The notes under the pieces: generated by a model
Databases searched by the model: none
What the model saw: only the letters and a program-made list of their open reading frames with translations
Told to the model about the DNA's origin: nothing
NCBI GenBank assembly: GCA_030054115.1
Contig: JASGCL010000001.1
Span: 48,788 to 112,787 of the forward strand
Origin: Hydrotalea sp.
GTDB taxonomy: Bacteria; Pseudomonadota; Alphaproteobacteria; JASGCL01
Reading direction: 5' to 3'
Length of the DNA: 64,000 bases
Translations under genes and position numbers: made by a program
Part shown: positions 10,148 to 19,274 of the stretch, piece after piece
How the letters are laid out: each line of letters starts with the position of its first letter
How positions within the stretch are numbered: position 1 is the stretch's first letter

Positions 10148-12334
10148 ATGCAAGCCGACCAGCTCATTTCTTCGGTTAAAAATTATAACCCGAACATCAA
10201 CGAAAAATTGTTGGCCGCGGCCTATGATTTTTCCGTCGCCGCCCATAAAAACCAAAAACGCCATTCGGGGCGCGATTATTTTGAACATCCCTTGGCGGTG
10301 GCGCAACTCCTCACCGAAAAAAAAATGGACGATGCAACCATCATCACCGCCTTGTTGCACGACACGGTCGAGGACACAACCATCAAACTATCGCAAATCA
10401 AAAAACAATTTGGCGAGGAGGTTTCGTTTTTGGTCGATGGCCTGACCAAAATTGCCCATTTGGAGGAAAGCGAACGCGAGATAAAAGATTCCGAAAATTT
10501 ACGAAAACTTTTGCTCGCCAGCATCGGCGACATCCGCGTTTTGATTGTCAAATTGGCCGACCGATTGCACAACATGCGCACCCTGGCCGGCAAACAAAAC
10601 CCCGACAGCCGCGCGCGCATCGCCGAGCAAACATTAGAAATCTACGTGCCATTGGCCGAGCGCATCGGCCTAAAACGTTGGAGCGAGGAATTGGCGTCCT
10701 TGGCCTTTAAAGAGCTCCACCCGGTGAGCTACGAATTAATCGACAAGCGGTTAAATTTTCTATACCGCGAGCAAGATGTAAACGACATCACGCGCACGCT
10801 GGAGGAATTGTTAAAGATCGAAAAGATGGAGGGGGCGATAAAATTTCGCCTCAAAGACCATTGGTCGATTTATCAAAAAATGCAAAAGAAGCAACGTCAG
10901 ATGGAGGACCTGTCCGACATCATGGCTTTTCGCATCGTTGTCAACAACACGCGCGATTGTTATTTGTGTTTGTGGTTGTTGCACGAACGTTACAAAACCA
11001 TTCCGACCAAACTGAAAGATTATATTTCCTCGCCGAAAAGCAACGGCTACCAAAGCCTGCACACCGTTATCATCGGCCCGGGCGACAAAAGGATAGAGGT
11101 GCAGATTCGCACCCACGCGATGGATGATTTTGCCGAAAATGGTTTGGCGTCTCATTGGTTATACAAACATGAAGCCAATGGTAACGGCGGCCACAACGCC
11201 GATGTTAAAAACAAATACCAACGTTATCACGATTCCGCCTTGACCTGGCTCAAGGATTTTTTTACCGCCATCGAGGAGGAAAAATCTGACCAGCTAAGTT
11301 TTTTAGACAGCAGTCGCACCTTCCTCTACACCGACCGGATTTATGTCTCCTCGCCCAAGGGTGATTTTTACGAACTGCCGATTAATTCCCTGCCGCTCGA
11401 TTTTGCCTTCGCGGTGCATAGCCGAGTCGGCGAGCAATTTTCTCACGCCCTGGTCAATGGGCGGCAGGTTTCGTTCTACACCAATTTAAAAAATGGCGAC
11501 ACGGTCGAAATTATCACCAGCGATAAAAAAATTATGCCAGAACAAAACTGGCTCCATTGGTTGAAAACGGCGCGCGCCAAAACCTTTGTGACAAAAAAAT
11601 TGAAGGAGCGGAAGGAGCAAACCTACCTCGTCCAAGGCCAAGATTTGCTGAAAACCGAATTGTTGCGCTTGGGGTTGATGACGCCCGATGAAACCAACAA
11701 CGTGACGCTCAACCTAAAAAAAGTATATAAAAAATTTGGCGTGGCCAGCGACGAGCAATTATATCGCCTTATCGCCCTGTCGCAAATCAGCGCGCGTGAG
11801 GTTTTATTCGTCCTTTACCCCGAAATGAAACGCGTCACGATTTACCGCGCCCGGCAAAAGAAAGCAAAACAATCAGCCGCCGAGATTGTCGATATTCGCC
11901 ATTTCACCAAAGATGTCTCGCTAAAATTTGCCGAATGTTGCTACCCCCTGCCCGGCGACCAAATTGCCGGCGTTATTAACTTAGGGGAAGGGCTGACCCT
12001 GCATCGCTTGGGTTGTAAAAAACTTTTACCTTTTCAACATCACCCCGACCGGATGATAGCGGTGCACTGGCAAAAAAAATCGGCGCATCAGGAAATCTTC
12101 ACCTCGCGTTTATTATTAAGTTTAAAAAATCGCCCGGGCGCGCTGAACCTGGTGACCGATGTCTTGACCAAAACCGGTAGCAACATCGCCAACGTTCTTT
12201 TTAAACTGCGCACCAAGGACCATGTTGAAATTATTTTAGACATCGAGGTATTCGGCCTGCGCCAAGTCAAAGAAATTATTGAAAAAATAAAATCAGCTGG
12301 TAAAGAAATGGTGCTTGAGATAAAACGCGCTTAA
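10148..12334 (+). CDS. spoT: Bifunctional (p)ppGpp synthetase/hydrolase (Rel/SpoT homolog)
   Basis: 728 aa with N-terminal HD hydrolase domain (HDTVEDT), synthetase domain, TGS and ACT-like C-terminal domains. Confidence 0.95.
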   Translation: MQADQLISSVKNYNPNINEKLLAAAYDFSVAAHKNQKRHSGRDYFEHPLAVAQLLTEKKMDDATIITALLHDTVEDTTIKLSQIKKQFGEEVSFLVDGLTKIAHLEESEREIKDSENLRKLLLASIGDIRVLIVKLADRLHNMRTLAGKQNPDSRARIAEQTLEIYVPLAERIGLKRWSEELASLAFKELHPVSYELIDKRLNFLYREQDVNDITRTLEELLKIEKMEGAIKFRLKDHWSIYQKMQKKQRQMEDLSDIMAFRIVVNNTRDCYLCLWLLHERYKTIPTKLKDYISSPKSNGYQSLHTVIIGPGDKRIEVQIRTHAMDDFAENGLASHWLYKHEANGNGGHNADVKNKYQRYHDSALTWLKDFFTAIEEEKSDQLSFLDSSRTFLYTDRIYVSSPKGDFYELPINSLPLDFAFAVHSRVGEQFSHALVNGRQVSFYTNLKNGDTVEIITSDKKIMPEQNWLHWLKTARAKTFVTKKLKERKEQTYLVQGQDLLKTELLRLGLMTPDETNNVTLNLKKVYKKFGVASDEQLYRLIALSQISAREVLFVLYPEMKRVTIYRARQKKAKQSAAEIVDIRHFTKDVSLKFAECCYPLPGDQIAGVINLGEGLTLHRLGCKKLLPFQHHPDRMIAVHWQKKSAHQEIFTSRLLLSLKNRPGALNLVTDVLTKTGSNIANVLFKLRTKDHVEIILDIEVFGLRQVKEIIEKIKSAGKEMVLEIKRA

Positions 12335-12360
12335 AGAAAATTTAAAACACCTCTTATACC

Positions 12361-12828
12361 TTGCCCCATTTTATGTCGAATAAATTTCTTGTCGCGCTTG
12401 CCAAAAATACCGGGCAAGGCATAAAGCCCATCAGCCATATTGTCGGCACGGGAATCGACCTTGCGCAAATTTCGCGATTTGAAAAAACCTTGCAACGCTT
12501 CCCCAAACGTTTTCCCGAATATGTTTTTACCGAACGCGAACGGCGTTATTGCGACAGCAAACCAATTCGCCGCACCGCCCGTTACGCCATGTTATTCTCG
12601 GCGAAGGAAGCCTGCTCCAAAGCCCTCGGCACTGGCATGCGCCAGGGCGTGCTGTGGCAAAATATGGAGGTCGTGCATTTAATGTCGGGCCAGCCAACCA
12701 TGGTGCTTCATGGTGGGGCGTTGAAACGGGCGAGGAGCCTGATGCCAAAAAATGCGACGCCGGTGGTGCATGTTTCCCTGACCGATGAAGCCGGCCTCGC
12801 CGCCGCCTCGGTCATGCTGGGGTGGTAA
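12361..12828 (+). CDS. acpS: Holo-[acyl-carrier-protein] synthase
   Basis: Core IVGTGIDLAQISRFEK ... FSAKEACSKALGTG matches AcpS. The annotated ATG adds about 28 N-terminal residues, so the true start may be a downstream non-ATG codon. Confidence 0.8.
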   Translation: MPHFMSNKFLVALAKNTGQGIKPISHIVGTGIDLAQISRFEKTLQRFPKRFPEYVFTERERRYCDSKPIRRTARYAMLFSAKEACSKALGTGMRQGVLWQNMEVVHLMSGQPTMVLHGGALKRARSLMPKNATPVVHVSLTDEAGLAAASVMLGW

Positions 12829-12846
12829 GGGTGGCTGATAAATTTT

Positions 12847-13485
12847 TTATCTGTTCTTGCCGGGCTTCCACATGACTTCGCCCTTGCCGCCGAACCGCGG
12901 ATCGCGCGCCAAGATGCGCGACAGCACAAATAACAAATCAGACAAACGATTGAGATATTGAATGGCCAGCGGGTTGACCTCCTCCATGTCCTGCAACGCA
13001 ACCGCACTGCGCTCGGCGCGGCGCGTCACGGTGCGCGCCAAATGCGCCACGGCCGCCAAATAACCACCGCCCGGCAAAATAAAAGATTCCAGCGCGGGCA
13101 AGGCATCGTTCCATGTGTCGATAACCAATTCCAACGATTGAACTTGTTTTTCCACAATTCGCAAATCGTGGCTGGGGGCAATGGGGACAAGCGTCAATGG
13201 TTTGGCCAAATCGGCCCCCAAATCAAACATGTCATGTTGCGCCGCGGTCAGCACCGTAACCATGTTGTCGCGGGTTACCGCGCCAGCAGATTGCCCGCCG
13301 GTCGATTGCTCGACCACCTCAGCATTCGTCAACCCATTCAACAACAGGCCGATGAAACTATTGGCTTCGTCCACATCGCCGTAGGCCGCCACCCGCAAAT
13401 CATTTTTTAAACGGCGCGACCCATCGGCCAACCCCGTGGTGCCATCGTCGCCAGTTTTTGTATAAATTTTATTTAATTTAACCAT
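12847..13485 (-). CDS. PduO-type ATP:cob(I)alamin adenosyltransferase
   Basis: 212 aa. The N-terminus IYTKTGDDGTTGL ... AYGDVDEANSFIGLL is the PduO/MMAB-family signature. Confidence 0.85.
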   Translation of the reverse strand: MVKLNKIYTKTGDDGTTGLADGSRRLKNDLRVAAYGDVDEANSFIGLLLNGLTNAEVVEQSTGGQSAGAVTRDNMVTVLTAAQHDMFDLGADLAKPLTLVPIAPSHDLRIVEKQVQSLELVIDTWNDALPALESFILPGGGYLAAVAHLARTVTRRAERSAVALQDMEEVNPLAIQYLNRLSDLLFVLSRILARDPRFGGKGEVMWKPGKNR

Positions 13486-13495
13486 CTATCAATTG

Positions 13496-13699
13496 CTAAT
13501 ACAGCCGCGCCAGCAAAAACCCAGCCAAAAACATAACGATAGCAAACAATTGCGCGCCGATGCGATAACGCATCAGCATGTTATTCCAACGATAATTTAA
13601 TTCGCCGCCCATCGCCATATTGACAACGCCCAGCACCAATATCACCAACGCCATTGCCATGCCCAGCAACATAAAAATAAATGCAATCAACGATACCAT
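13496..13699 (-). CDS. Small twin-transmembrane protein (HIG1/DUF2909-like)
   Basis: 67 aa with two hydrophobic helices. This is a common small-membrane-protein architecture in alphaproteobacteria. Assigned by topology only. Confidence 0.5.
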   Translation of the reverse strand: MVSLIAFIFMLLGMAMALVILVLGVVNMAMGGELNYRWNNMLMRYRIGAQLFAIVMFLAGFLLARLY

Positions 13700-13703
13700 G
13701 GTT

Positions 13704-14915
13704 TTAAAAACTTTCCTTTAATTGTTTTTCCACCATATCCAAAAATTGTGTAGTCGTCAAATAGCGATTTGCGTCGCCGATAATCGCCGCCAAATCTTTT
13801 GTCACCTGGCCGGCCTCGATGGTGCCAACAATAATTTTTTCCAATTTGTCGGCGAATGATTGCAACGGCGCGTTGCCATCCATCTTGCCACGATAACGCA
13901 ACCCGCCGGTCCAGGCAAAAATCGACGCCACCGGATTGGTCGAGGTCTCCTTGCCCGCCTGGTAATCGCGATAATGGCGCGTCACCGTGCCGTGGGCGGC
14001 CTCGGTCTCGACCGTTTTGCCATCGGGCGATAACAACACCGATGTCATCAACCCCAGCGACCCAAAACCCGCCGCCACCATGTCGGATTGCACATCGCCG
14101 TCGTAATTTTTTAATGCCCACAAATACCCGCCGTGCCCCCAAATGGTCTGCGCCACCATGTCGTCGATGAGGCGATGTTCGTAAAAAAGCTTGGCCTTCT
14201 CGAATTCAGCCTTAAATTCTTTGTCGTAAATTTCTTGGAAGATATTTTTGAATCGGCCGTCGTATAATTTCAACACGGTGTTTTTGGTCGAAAAATAAAC
14301 CGGAATATTTTTTTGCAAACCATAGTGAAAACAGGCGCGGGCGAAAGACATAATCGAGGCGTCGCTGTTAAACATTGCCAGGCCGATGCCGGCCGAATCA
14401 AAATGCCGCACCAATTTTTTTATCGGCGCACCGCCGCCCGCCGGCACAAATTCTAACGTCAAATCGCCCGGGCCATCGGCAATAATTTCGGTCGAGCGAT
14501 ATTGGTCGCCAAAGGCATGCCGCCCGACGACTATCGGTTTATCCCAACCAACCACCAATGGTTTCACATTGTGGCAAATAATTGGTTCACGAAAAATCGT
14601 GCCGTCCAAAAAATTTCTGATGGTCGCGTTGGGCGACGGATACATTTTTTTAAGATTAAATTCCTTGACCCGCGCCTCGTCCGGCGTGATGGTGGCACAT
14701 TTGATACCAACACCATATTGCTTAATCGCCTTCGCCGCATCAACGGTGATGGCATCATCGGTTTTATCGCGGCTTTCAATCCCCAAATCAAAATATTTAA
14801 GGTCAATATCGATATAGGGTAGAATCAATTTTTCCTTTATCATCGCCCACATGACGCGCGTCATTTCGTCGCCGTCCAATTCGACCACCGGGTTGTTGAC
14901 TTTTATTTTGGGCAT
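13704..14915 (-). CDS. icd: NADP-dependent isocitrate dehydrogenase (eukaryotic-like homodimeric type)
   Basis: 403 aa. N-terminal [20 protein letters not shown] and overall length match the IDH1-like bacterial ICDH subfamily. Confidence 0.9.
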   Translation of the reverse strand: MPKIKVNNPVVELDGDEMTRVMWAMIKEKLILPYIDIDLKYFDLGIESRDKTDDAITVDAAKAIKQYGVGIKCATITPDEARVKEFNLKKMYPSPNATIRNFLDGTIFREPIICHNVKPLVVGWDKPIVVGRHAFGDQYRSTEIIADGPGDLTLEFVPAGGGAPIKKLVRHFDSAGIGLAMFNSDASIMSFARACFHYGLQKNIPVYFSTKNTVLKLYDGRFKNIFQEIYDKEFKAEFEKAKLFYEHRLIDDMVAQTIWGHGGYLWALKNYDGDVQSDMVAAGFGSLGLMTSVLLSPDGKTVETEAAHGTVTRHYRDYQAGKETSTNPVASIFAWTGGLRYRGKMDGNAPLQSFADKLEKIIVGTIEAGQVTKDLAAIIGDANRYLTTTQFLDMVEKQLKESF

Positions 14916-14927
14916 GGGATTACTCTA

Positions 14928-15920
14928 TCAAGAAAAAATGTTTTGCGCAACCCGCATCTCGCCCGCCGCCAGACCGCGAAAACTTTTCAATTCCTTGCTT
15001 AAGGTTATGCGTTCTTTGGCCTTATCATCCACCAACCCCAATTTATGCAACACGCCGTTTAACGCCAATTGAGAAGCCCGCTCCGCCCCATCATCAATTT
15101 TTATTGCCACGCCAAGCCCAAGATGCGGAATAACCGCGGCGTAAAATGCCTCGGCACCGGTTTTAACAAAAACCTTGCCGGGCAATGTTTCCATCACCAT
15201 CGTGCAATGGCGACCGGTGCCGGCCACGAAATAGGGGTGCGCCATCGCGGCCTGCAACAACAAATCGGCACCGGCCTGGTCATCGCCGGCGTGCGCGCCA
15301 AACCGCGCCAGGCCGCGCGCCATCGCCACCATCGGCAGGGCAAAGGTCGGGGCAGAGCAACCATCGATAGCCGGCAGTGATAATTTTACGTCGCAAAATT
15401 TTTCTATCGTCTTGGCAATCTCGATCTGCACCGCGTGCGCCGGGTCGATATAATTTTTATGGTCGGTTTTTTTTGCATGGGCCAGCATCAACATGCCGCT
15501 GTGTTTGCCGGAACAATTATTATGCAGGGGGCATGGTGCCTCGCCGCGTTTTTCCAAATTAAAACTGGTCGCATGGTCATATGGGTTATGCGACCCGCAT
15601 TCCAACGCATCCATCGTCAGGTCGATTTTTTGCAACAACGCCGCCACCCGCCGCGTGTGCGGCAATTCGCCGCTGTGCGATGCCAACAGCAAAGCGTAAT
15701 CCTCGCCCGATAGCCGCAAGGATTCGGTAACGCCCGATAACACCACCGGCAAGGCCTGAAACATTTTTAACGACGACCGCGGGTAAGAAACCTGCGTCTC
15801 ATCACCCGCCGACCACACCACCTTGCCATCGCCATCGGCAACCACCACCGCGCCACGATGCACCGATTCGACACGGCCACCGCGACATACCTCAACCAAA
15901 ACTGGATTTTCCTGTGCCAT
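14928..15920 (-). CDS. L-asparaginase II family protein (PF06089)
   Basis: 330 aa. Contains NCSGKH, identical to the conserved motif of the Rhizobium etli-type asparaginase II family, and the N-terminal SVHRG segment. Confidence 0.75.
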   Translation of the reverse strand: MAQENPVLVEVCRGGRVESVHRGAVVVADGDGKVVWSAGDETQVSYPRSSLKMFQALPVVLSGVTESLRLSGEDYALLLASHSGELPHTRRVAALLQKIDLTMDALECGSHNPYDHATSFNLEKRGEAPCPLHNNCSGKHSGMLMLAHAKKTDHKNYIDPAHAVQIEIAKTIEKFCDVKLSLPAIDGCSAPTFALPMVAMARGLARFGAHAGDDQAGADLLLQAAMAHPYFVAGTGRHCTMVMETLPGKVFVKTGAEAFYAAVIPHLGLGVAIKIDDGAERASQLALNGVLHKLGLVDDKAKERITLSKELKSFRGLAAGEMRVAQNIFS

Positions 15921-16071
15921 GTCCCATTATAACAATTGGCAATAAAAATTACAAAGCTATAGATGGACAGATGCTTACCGATGCACCCTCTCTAAATTAA
16001 CTTGACAGGCATCAGGCCAAGGGTTATAATGCCACCATTCACGACGAATCCCGTATGGGCGTTTGAATATG

Positions 16072-16101
16072 AAAAAGGCAGTCATTCGACTGCCTTTTTT
16101 T
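16072..16101. terminator. Bidirectional rho-independent terminator
   Basis: gaaaaaGGCAGTCattcGACTGCCttttttt: 7-bp GC-rich stem, 4-nt loop, with an A-run upstream and a T-run downstream. Sits between the asparaginase-II gene and the AT-rich TA islet. Confidence 0.6.
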
Positions 16102-16211
16102 ATGATGCTTAGGGTAATATCTGTCGACAAAAATTACAAAGAATATTACCCGTAAGGACAACTAGCGATATAGATTTCTATAAATATCTATGTTAAGATA
16201 TGGCATAATTT

Positions 16212-16787
16212 GTGCAACAAGCAACGAGTGGTAGTAATATGCAAAATAAAAAAATTTATAGCGTAATTTTTTACATAATAAAAACGTGCCAAGATAAAAA
16301 CTATAAGCTTGGCGCAGTTCGACTCAATAAAATTATTTGGAATTCCGATATTTCTTATCTTAAAGAAAATGGGCGCACAATCACGGAAGAAAAATATGCC
16401 AAGCGCCAATATGGCCCAGTGGTGTTCTCTATGCCTTCTTATATTCGAGAGTTGACACTAAACGGATATATAGACTTTGCTAATAAAATTAGCAATTATG
16501 GAGAAAATGAATATAAAATGACTCTGTACTCTGTCAAAAATAATTTTACAGTAAGCTTATCGAGTAATGAGAAACAAATTATAGATAATTTTATAAATAA
16601 AATATGCAATCAAACTGCTCAAGAAGCAAGTGACGATACTCATGATAATGTCTATGAGCTTACTCCCGATGGTGAAGAAATGCCGTTGGGAGCTTATCTA
16701 TTTGCTGAACCTGCGCCTATAGATGAAAAAGATATAACAGAAGCAAAAAGAACTATTGAACAACTTTCTATAAAATCTAATGCCTAG
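16212..16787 (+). CDS. Panacea (DUF4065)-domain protein, putative type II antitoxin (PanA/SocA-like)
   Basis: 191 aa, AT-rich codon usage. The segment LGAVRLNKIIWNSDISYLKENGRTITEEKYAKRQYGPV resembles the Panacea-domain core (KLxKLLYxAD ... GPV). Its stop overlaps the next ORF by 8 nt. Confidence 0.5.
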   Translation: MQQATSGSNMQNKKIYSVIFYIIKTCQDKNYKLGAVRLNKIIWNSDISYLKENGRTITEEKYAKRQYGPVVFSMPSYIRELTLNGYIDFANKISNYGENEYKMTLYSVKNNFTVSLSSNEKQIIDNFINKICNQTAQEASDDTHDNVYELTPDGEEMPLGAYLFAEPAPIDEKDITEAKRTIEQLSIKSNA

Positions 16788-17064
16788 ATATAAAGTAGAA
16801 TTGTCAGAAAATGCAAAATCTCAATATAATGAGATGCAGCAAGATACTGACCTTCTAAAATTTTTCAATCTCTTGATAGAAAAATTATTGGTGATGCCAA
16901 CTGACGGCGCAACGCCTCTCCGAGCGAATGGAATTCCATATTTCTTATACAAAACTAACCCAAAAATTTGTAAGATAAGTATATTATTTCATGTAGATAA
17001 TAGTAAAAATATTGTGATAATTGAAAACGTTTCTACATACGACGAAAGCCAAGTAGCTTTTTAA
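16780..17064 (+). CDS. RelE/ParE-superfamily-like toxin
   Basis: 94 aa. The N-terminus YKVELSENAKSQYNEM and C-terminal I.ILFHVDNSKNIVIIENV resemble the ParE/RelE pattern (YkIefs.kA.kdl.kl ... yRiiY.id.....i.ilri). It is translationally coupled to the upstream Panacea ORF. Confidence 0.45.
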   Translation: MPRYKVELSENAKSQYNEMQQDTDLLKFFNLLIEKLLVMPTDGATPLRANGIPYFLYKTNPKICKISILFHVDNSKNIVIIENVSTYDESQVAF

Positions 17065-17065
17065 T

Positions 17066-17974
17066 TTATTCATCCGCCACCAATTTGGCGGGGTAGCCAG
17101 GCGCGCGCAGGTCGGTTTTTAATAAATCCTCCAGCAATTTGGCAATTTGCGTCGATTGTGCGTCGCCGCCATAGGCCGCCTTGCCGCTTAAAAAAGTTGG
17201 CATCAGGGCGGAGGCCAAGGTCAGGGGCACGCCAAATTCGCGGCCAAAGCCCAAGGCAAAACCCAAATCCTTTAACGTCAAGTCCATCGTGAAATCGATG
17301 TCGTAGCTACCATTTAAAATCAGCGCGCCCTCGGTCTCATGCACGAAACTATTGCCCGAGCTCGCCTTGATGGCTTCGTAGGCCGTGCCCAGGTCAAGCC
17401 CGCCGCGTTTTGCCAGCATCAGGGCCTCGCTACAGCCGACCAAATTGATGAAGGCCAACATGTTGGTGATGACCTTGATAATTGCCGCCGCACCAACCGG
17501 CCCCATGAAAAAAACCCGCGAGCCGATAAGGCGCAGGGCCTGCTCGTGCTTTTCAAACAGCGATTTATCACCGCCAACCAACACCGTGACCTTGCCCACA
17601 TCGGCCAAATGCACACCGCCAGTGACAGGGCATTCCAATGTTTTCACGCCATGCTCGTCCGCCACGTTGCTCAGGCGCATGATGTTATCGCGGTCAAGCG
17701 TGCTCATTTCTATCCACACCGCGTCTTTTTTAAATGCCGGCAGCATCTCGCGCAACACCCGTTCCGACACCGCGGGCGACGGCAAGCAAGTAATAACCGC
17801 ATCGACGCCGGTGGCGGCAGAACTGGCCGAGGTTGCGGCGGTCGCGCCCTTTTTCACCAAACGCGCCACGGCGTCTTTGCTCAGGTCGAAAACCTTAACC
17901 TGCAAACCGCCGCGCACCAAACAACCCGCCATTTTTTCGCCCAAATGCCCCAGGCCAACAAAACCATATTCCAT
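17066..17974 (-). CDS. NAD(P)-dependent oxidoreductase, 3-hydroxyisobutyrate dehydrogenase family
   Basis: 302 aa. N-terminal Rossmann motif GFVGLGHLG and a 6PGDH-like C-terminal domain, typical of MmsB/GarR-like enzymes. Confidence 0.8.
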   Translation of the reverse strand: MEYGFVGLGHLGEKMAGCLVRGGLQVKVFDLSKDAVARLVKKGATAATSASSAATGVDAVITCLPSPAVSERVLREMLPAFKKDAVWIEMSTLDRDNIMRLSNVADEHGVKTLECPVTGGVHLADVGKVTVLVGGDKSLFEKHEQALRLIGSRVFFMGPVGAAAIIKVITNMLAFINLVGCSEALMLAKRGGLDLGTAYEAIKASSGNSFVHETEGALILNGSYDIDFTMDLTLKDLGFALGFGREFGVPLTLASALMPTFLSGKAAYGGDAQSTQIAKLLEDLLKTDLRAPGYPAKLVADE

Positions 17975-18115
17975 GATACTCTCCGCTTAAAAATAAAATA
18001 TAAAAAATTTAATAAAATAATCCCCACCGACAAGATAACAACATCGTTGTCAAATTGCCGGCGGGGATTTTATATCGTGAAAACCACAATATCAATCAAG
18101 CAATCAAATGCTTGA

Positions 18116-19048
18116 TTACATGCCGAGGGCGGTTTTCACCGCTGGCATGCCGGGTTGGCCGTCAAACGTAGTGACGCCCTTCATCCATTTTTCGACTTGC
18201 GCCGGGTTGGCTTTCAACCAGGCCTTCACCACGCCAGCGGCGGGTTTTTTCTCAATATCGACCATGCCAATCAATTTGCTAATTTCATCGACGTTCATCA
18301 AATAATTAGAAAAGAATTTGGCCACGTTGGGGCAGTCGGATTTATAATCCTTACGGCCAAGGGTAGTAACTTTACCCGCGGCACCCAACCATTTTTCGCC
18401 ACCGGCGAGGTATTGTGGGTTATATTTGCTCATCCAGTGTGGTTCCCACGCCAGGTAAACGATATAACCATCCATTTTTTTACCAACCTCGGACAACATG
18501 GCGTTGGTCGAGGATTCGATAACTTGGAAATCCTTATCGGCTTTGATTTCTTTCAAGAAATCAGTGACGTGTTTATTGCCAGCCGAACCGGGTTCGATGC
18601 CATAGATTTTCCCATTCAATTGCGCCTTGAATTTTGGAATATCTTGCCATTTGGTCAGACCCGCCTTGTAAGCGGCTGGGGTGGTGGCAAGGGTATAACG
18701 AACCTTGGCCATGTTGGTGCCAAGGGTGTCAAAATTGCCCTTATATTGTTTTTCCAGGTCTGCATCAGACGGCAACCAGTTGGCAAGCATGATGTCAAGG
18801 TCTTTGTTCTTTAAAGAAGCAAAGGTGACAGCGGTGCTAACTTGGGTTTGTGACGTTTGATAACCCAACGCTTGCAACATCGCGCTCGCCCAGCCGATGC
18901 TGATGGTCAAATCTGACCAGCCCGGATTGGCAAAACGCACGGTTTTGCAAACGTCTTTGTCTTTTGCCGAGGCAGGGCCAGTGGCCAAAACCGCCGTCGC
19001 AAAAACGCTCAAAGCAAATAATTTTGCTTTATTTGATAATTTTATCAT
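18116..19048 (-). CDS. Glycine betaine/proline betaine ABC transporter substrate-binding protein (OpuAC/ProX family), copy 1
   Basis: 310 aa with Sec signal peptide. The conserved OpuAC core VRFANPGWSDLTISIGWAS and LAWEPHWMSKYNPQYLAGGEKWLG are present. Confidence 0.75.
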   Translation of the reverse strand: MIKLSNKAKLFALSVFATAVLATGPASAKDKDVCKTVRFANPGWSDLTISIGWASAMLQALGYQTSQTQVSTAVTFASLKNKDLDIMLANWLPSDADLEKQYKGNFDTLGTNMAKVRYTLATTPAAYKAGLTKWQDIPKFKAQLNGKIYGIEPGSAGNKHVTDFLKEIKADKDFQVIESSTNAMLSEVGKKMDGYIVYLAWEPHWMSKYNPQYLAGGEKWLGAAGKVTTLGRKDYKSDCPNVAKFFSNYLMNVDEISKLIGMVDIEKKPAAGVVKAWLKANPAQVEKWMKGVTTFDGQPGMPAVKTALGM

Positions 19049-19200
19049 GATGTATTTCCTCCAATCATCATAATGGTTGTTGCCTCATCTTTAGGGAAGG
19101 CCGCCCCAACCTCAGTAATCCTAAAAAAGAAAGACTACTCACTATAGAACAAGTTATAAAAAACACAAGAATAAAATAAACAATAATAGTCACAAAATAC

Positions 19201-19230
19201 AAAAAAAGCGGTGGCGCGCCGTTATTTTCT
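19201..19230. terminator. Bidirectional rho-independent terminator downstream of the cysN-like gene
   Basis: aaaaaaaGCGGTGGCGCGCCGTtattttctc: a GC-rich imperfect hairpin flanked by an A-run and a T-rich run. On the minus strand it reads as a hairpin followed by TTTTTTT directly after the cysN-like stop. Confidence 0.55.
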
Positions 19231-19274
19231 CGCTTCTTTAGCCGATTCGGCGGGGCCAGCCAGGTTTTTTTAAA

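Noticed and set aside
13687-14142. 151-aa minus-strand ORF overlapping icd in another frame
   Set aside because: Alternative-frame artefact inside the well-conserved icd gene.
15954-16141. 13-bp direct repeat aaaaattacaaag at 15954 and 16129, considered as a target-site duplication for the TA islet
   Set aside because: The two copies bracket only the intergenic terminator region, not the islet itself (16212-17064). No matching copy lies at the islet's far boundary. Likely a chance AT-rich repeat.
16188-16409. 73-aa minus-strand ORF overlapping the start of the Panacea-like gene
   Set aside because: Antisense to the better-supported plus-strand ORF, with no ribosome-binding site. AT-rich DNA yields random short ORFs.
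17339-18115. 258-aa and 201-aa plus-strand ORFs antisense to the 3-hydroxyisobutyrate-dehydrogenase-family gene
   Set aside because: Shadow ORFs of a confidently assigned minus-strand gene. Their translations are His/Arg/Ala-rich with no motifs.
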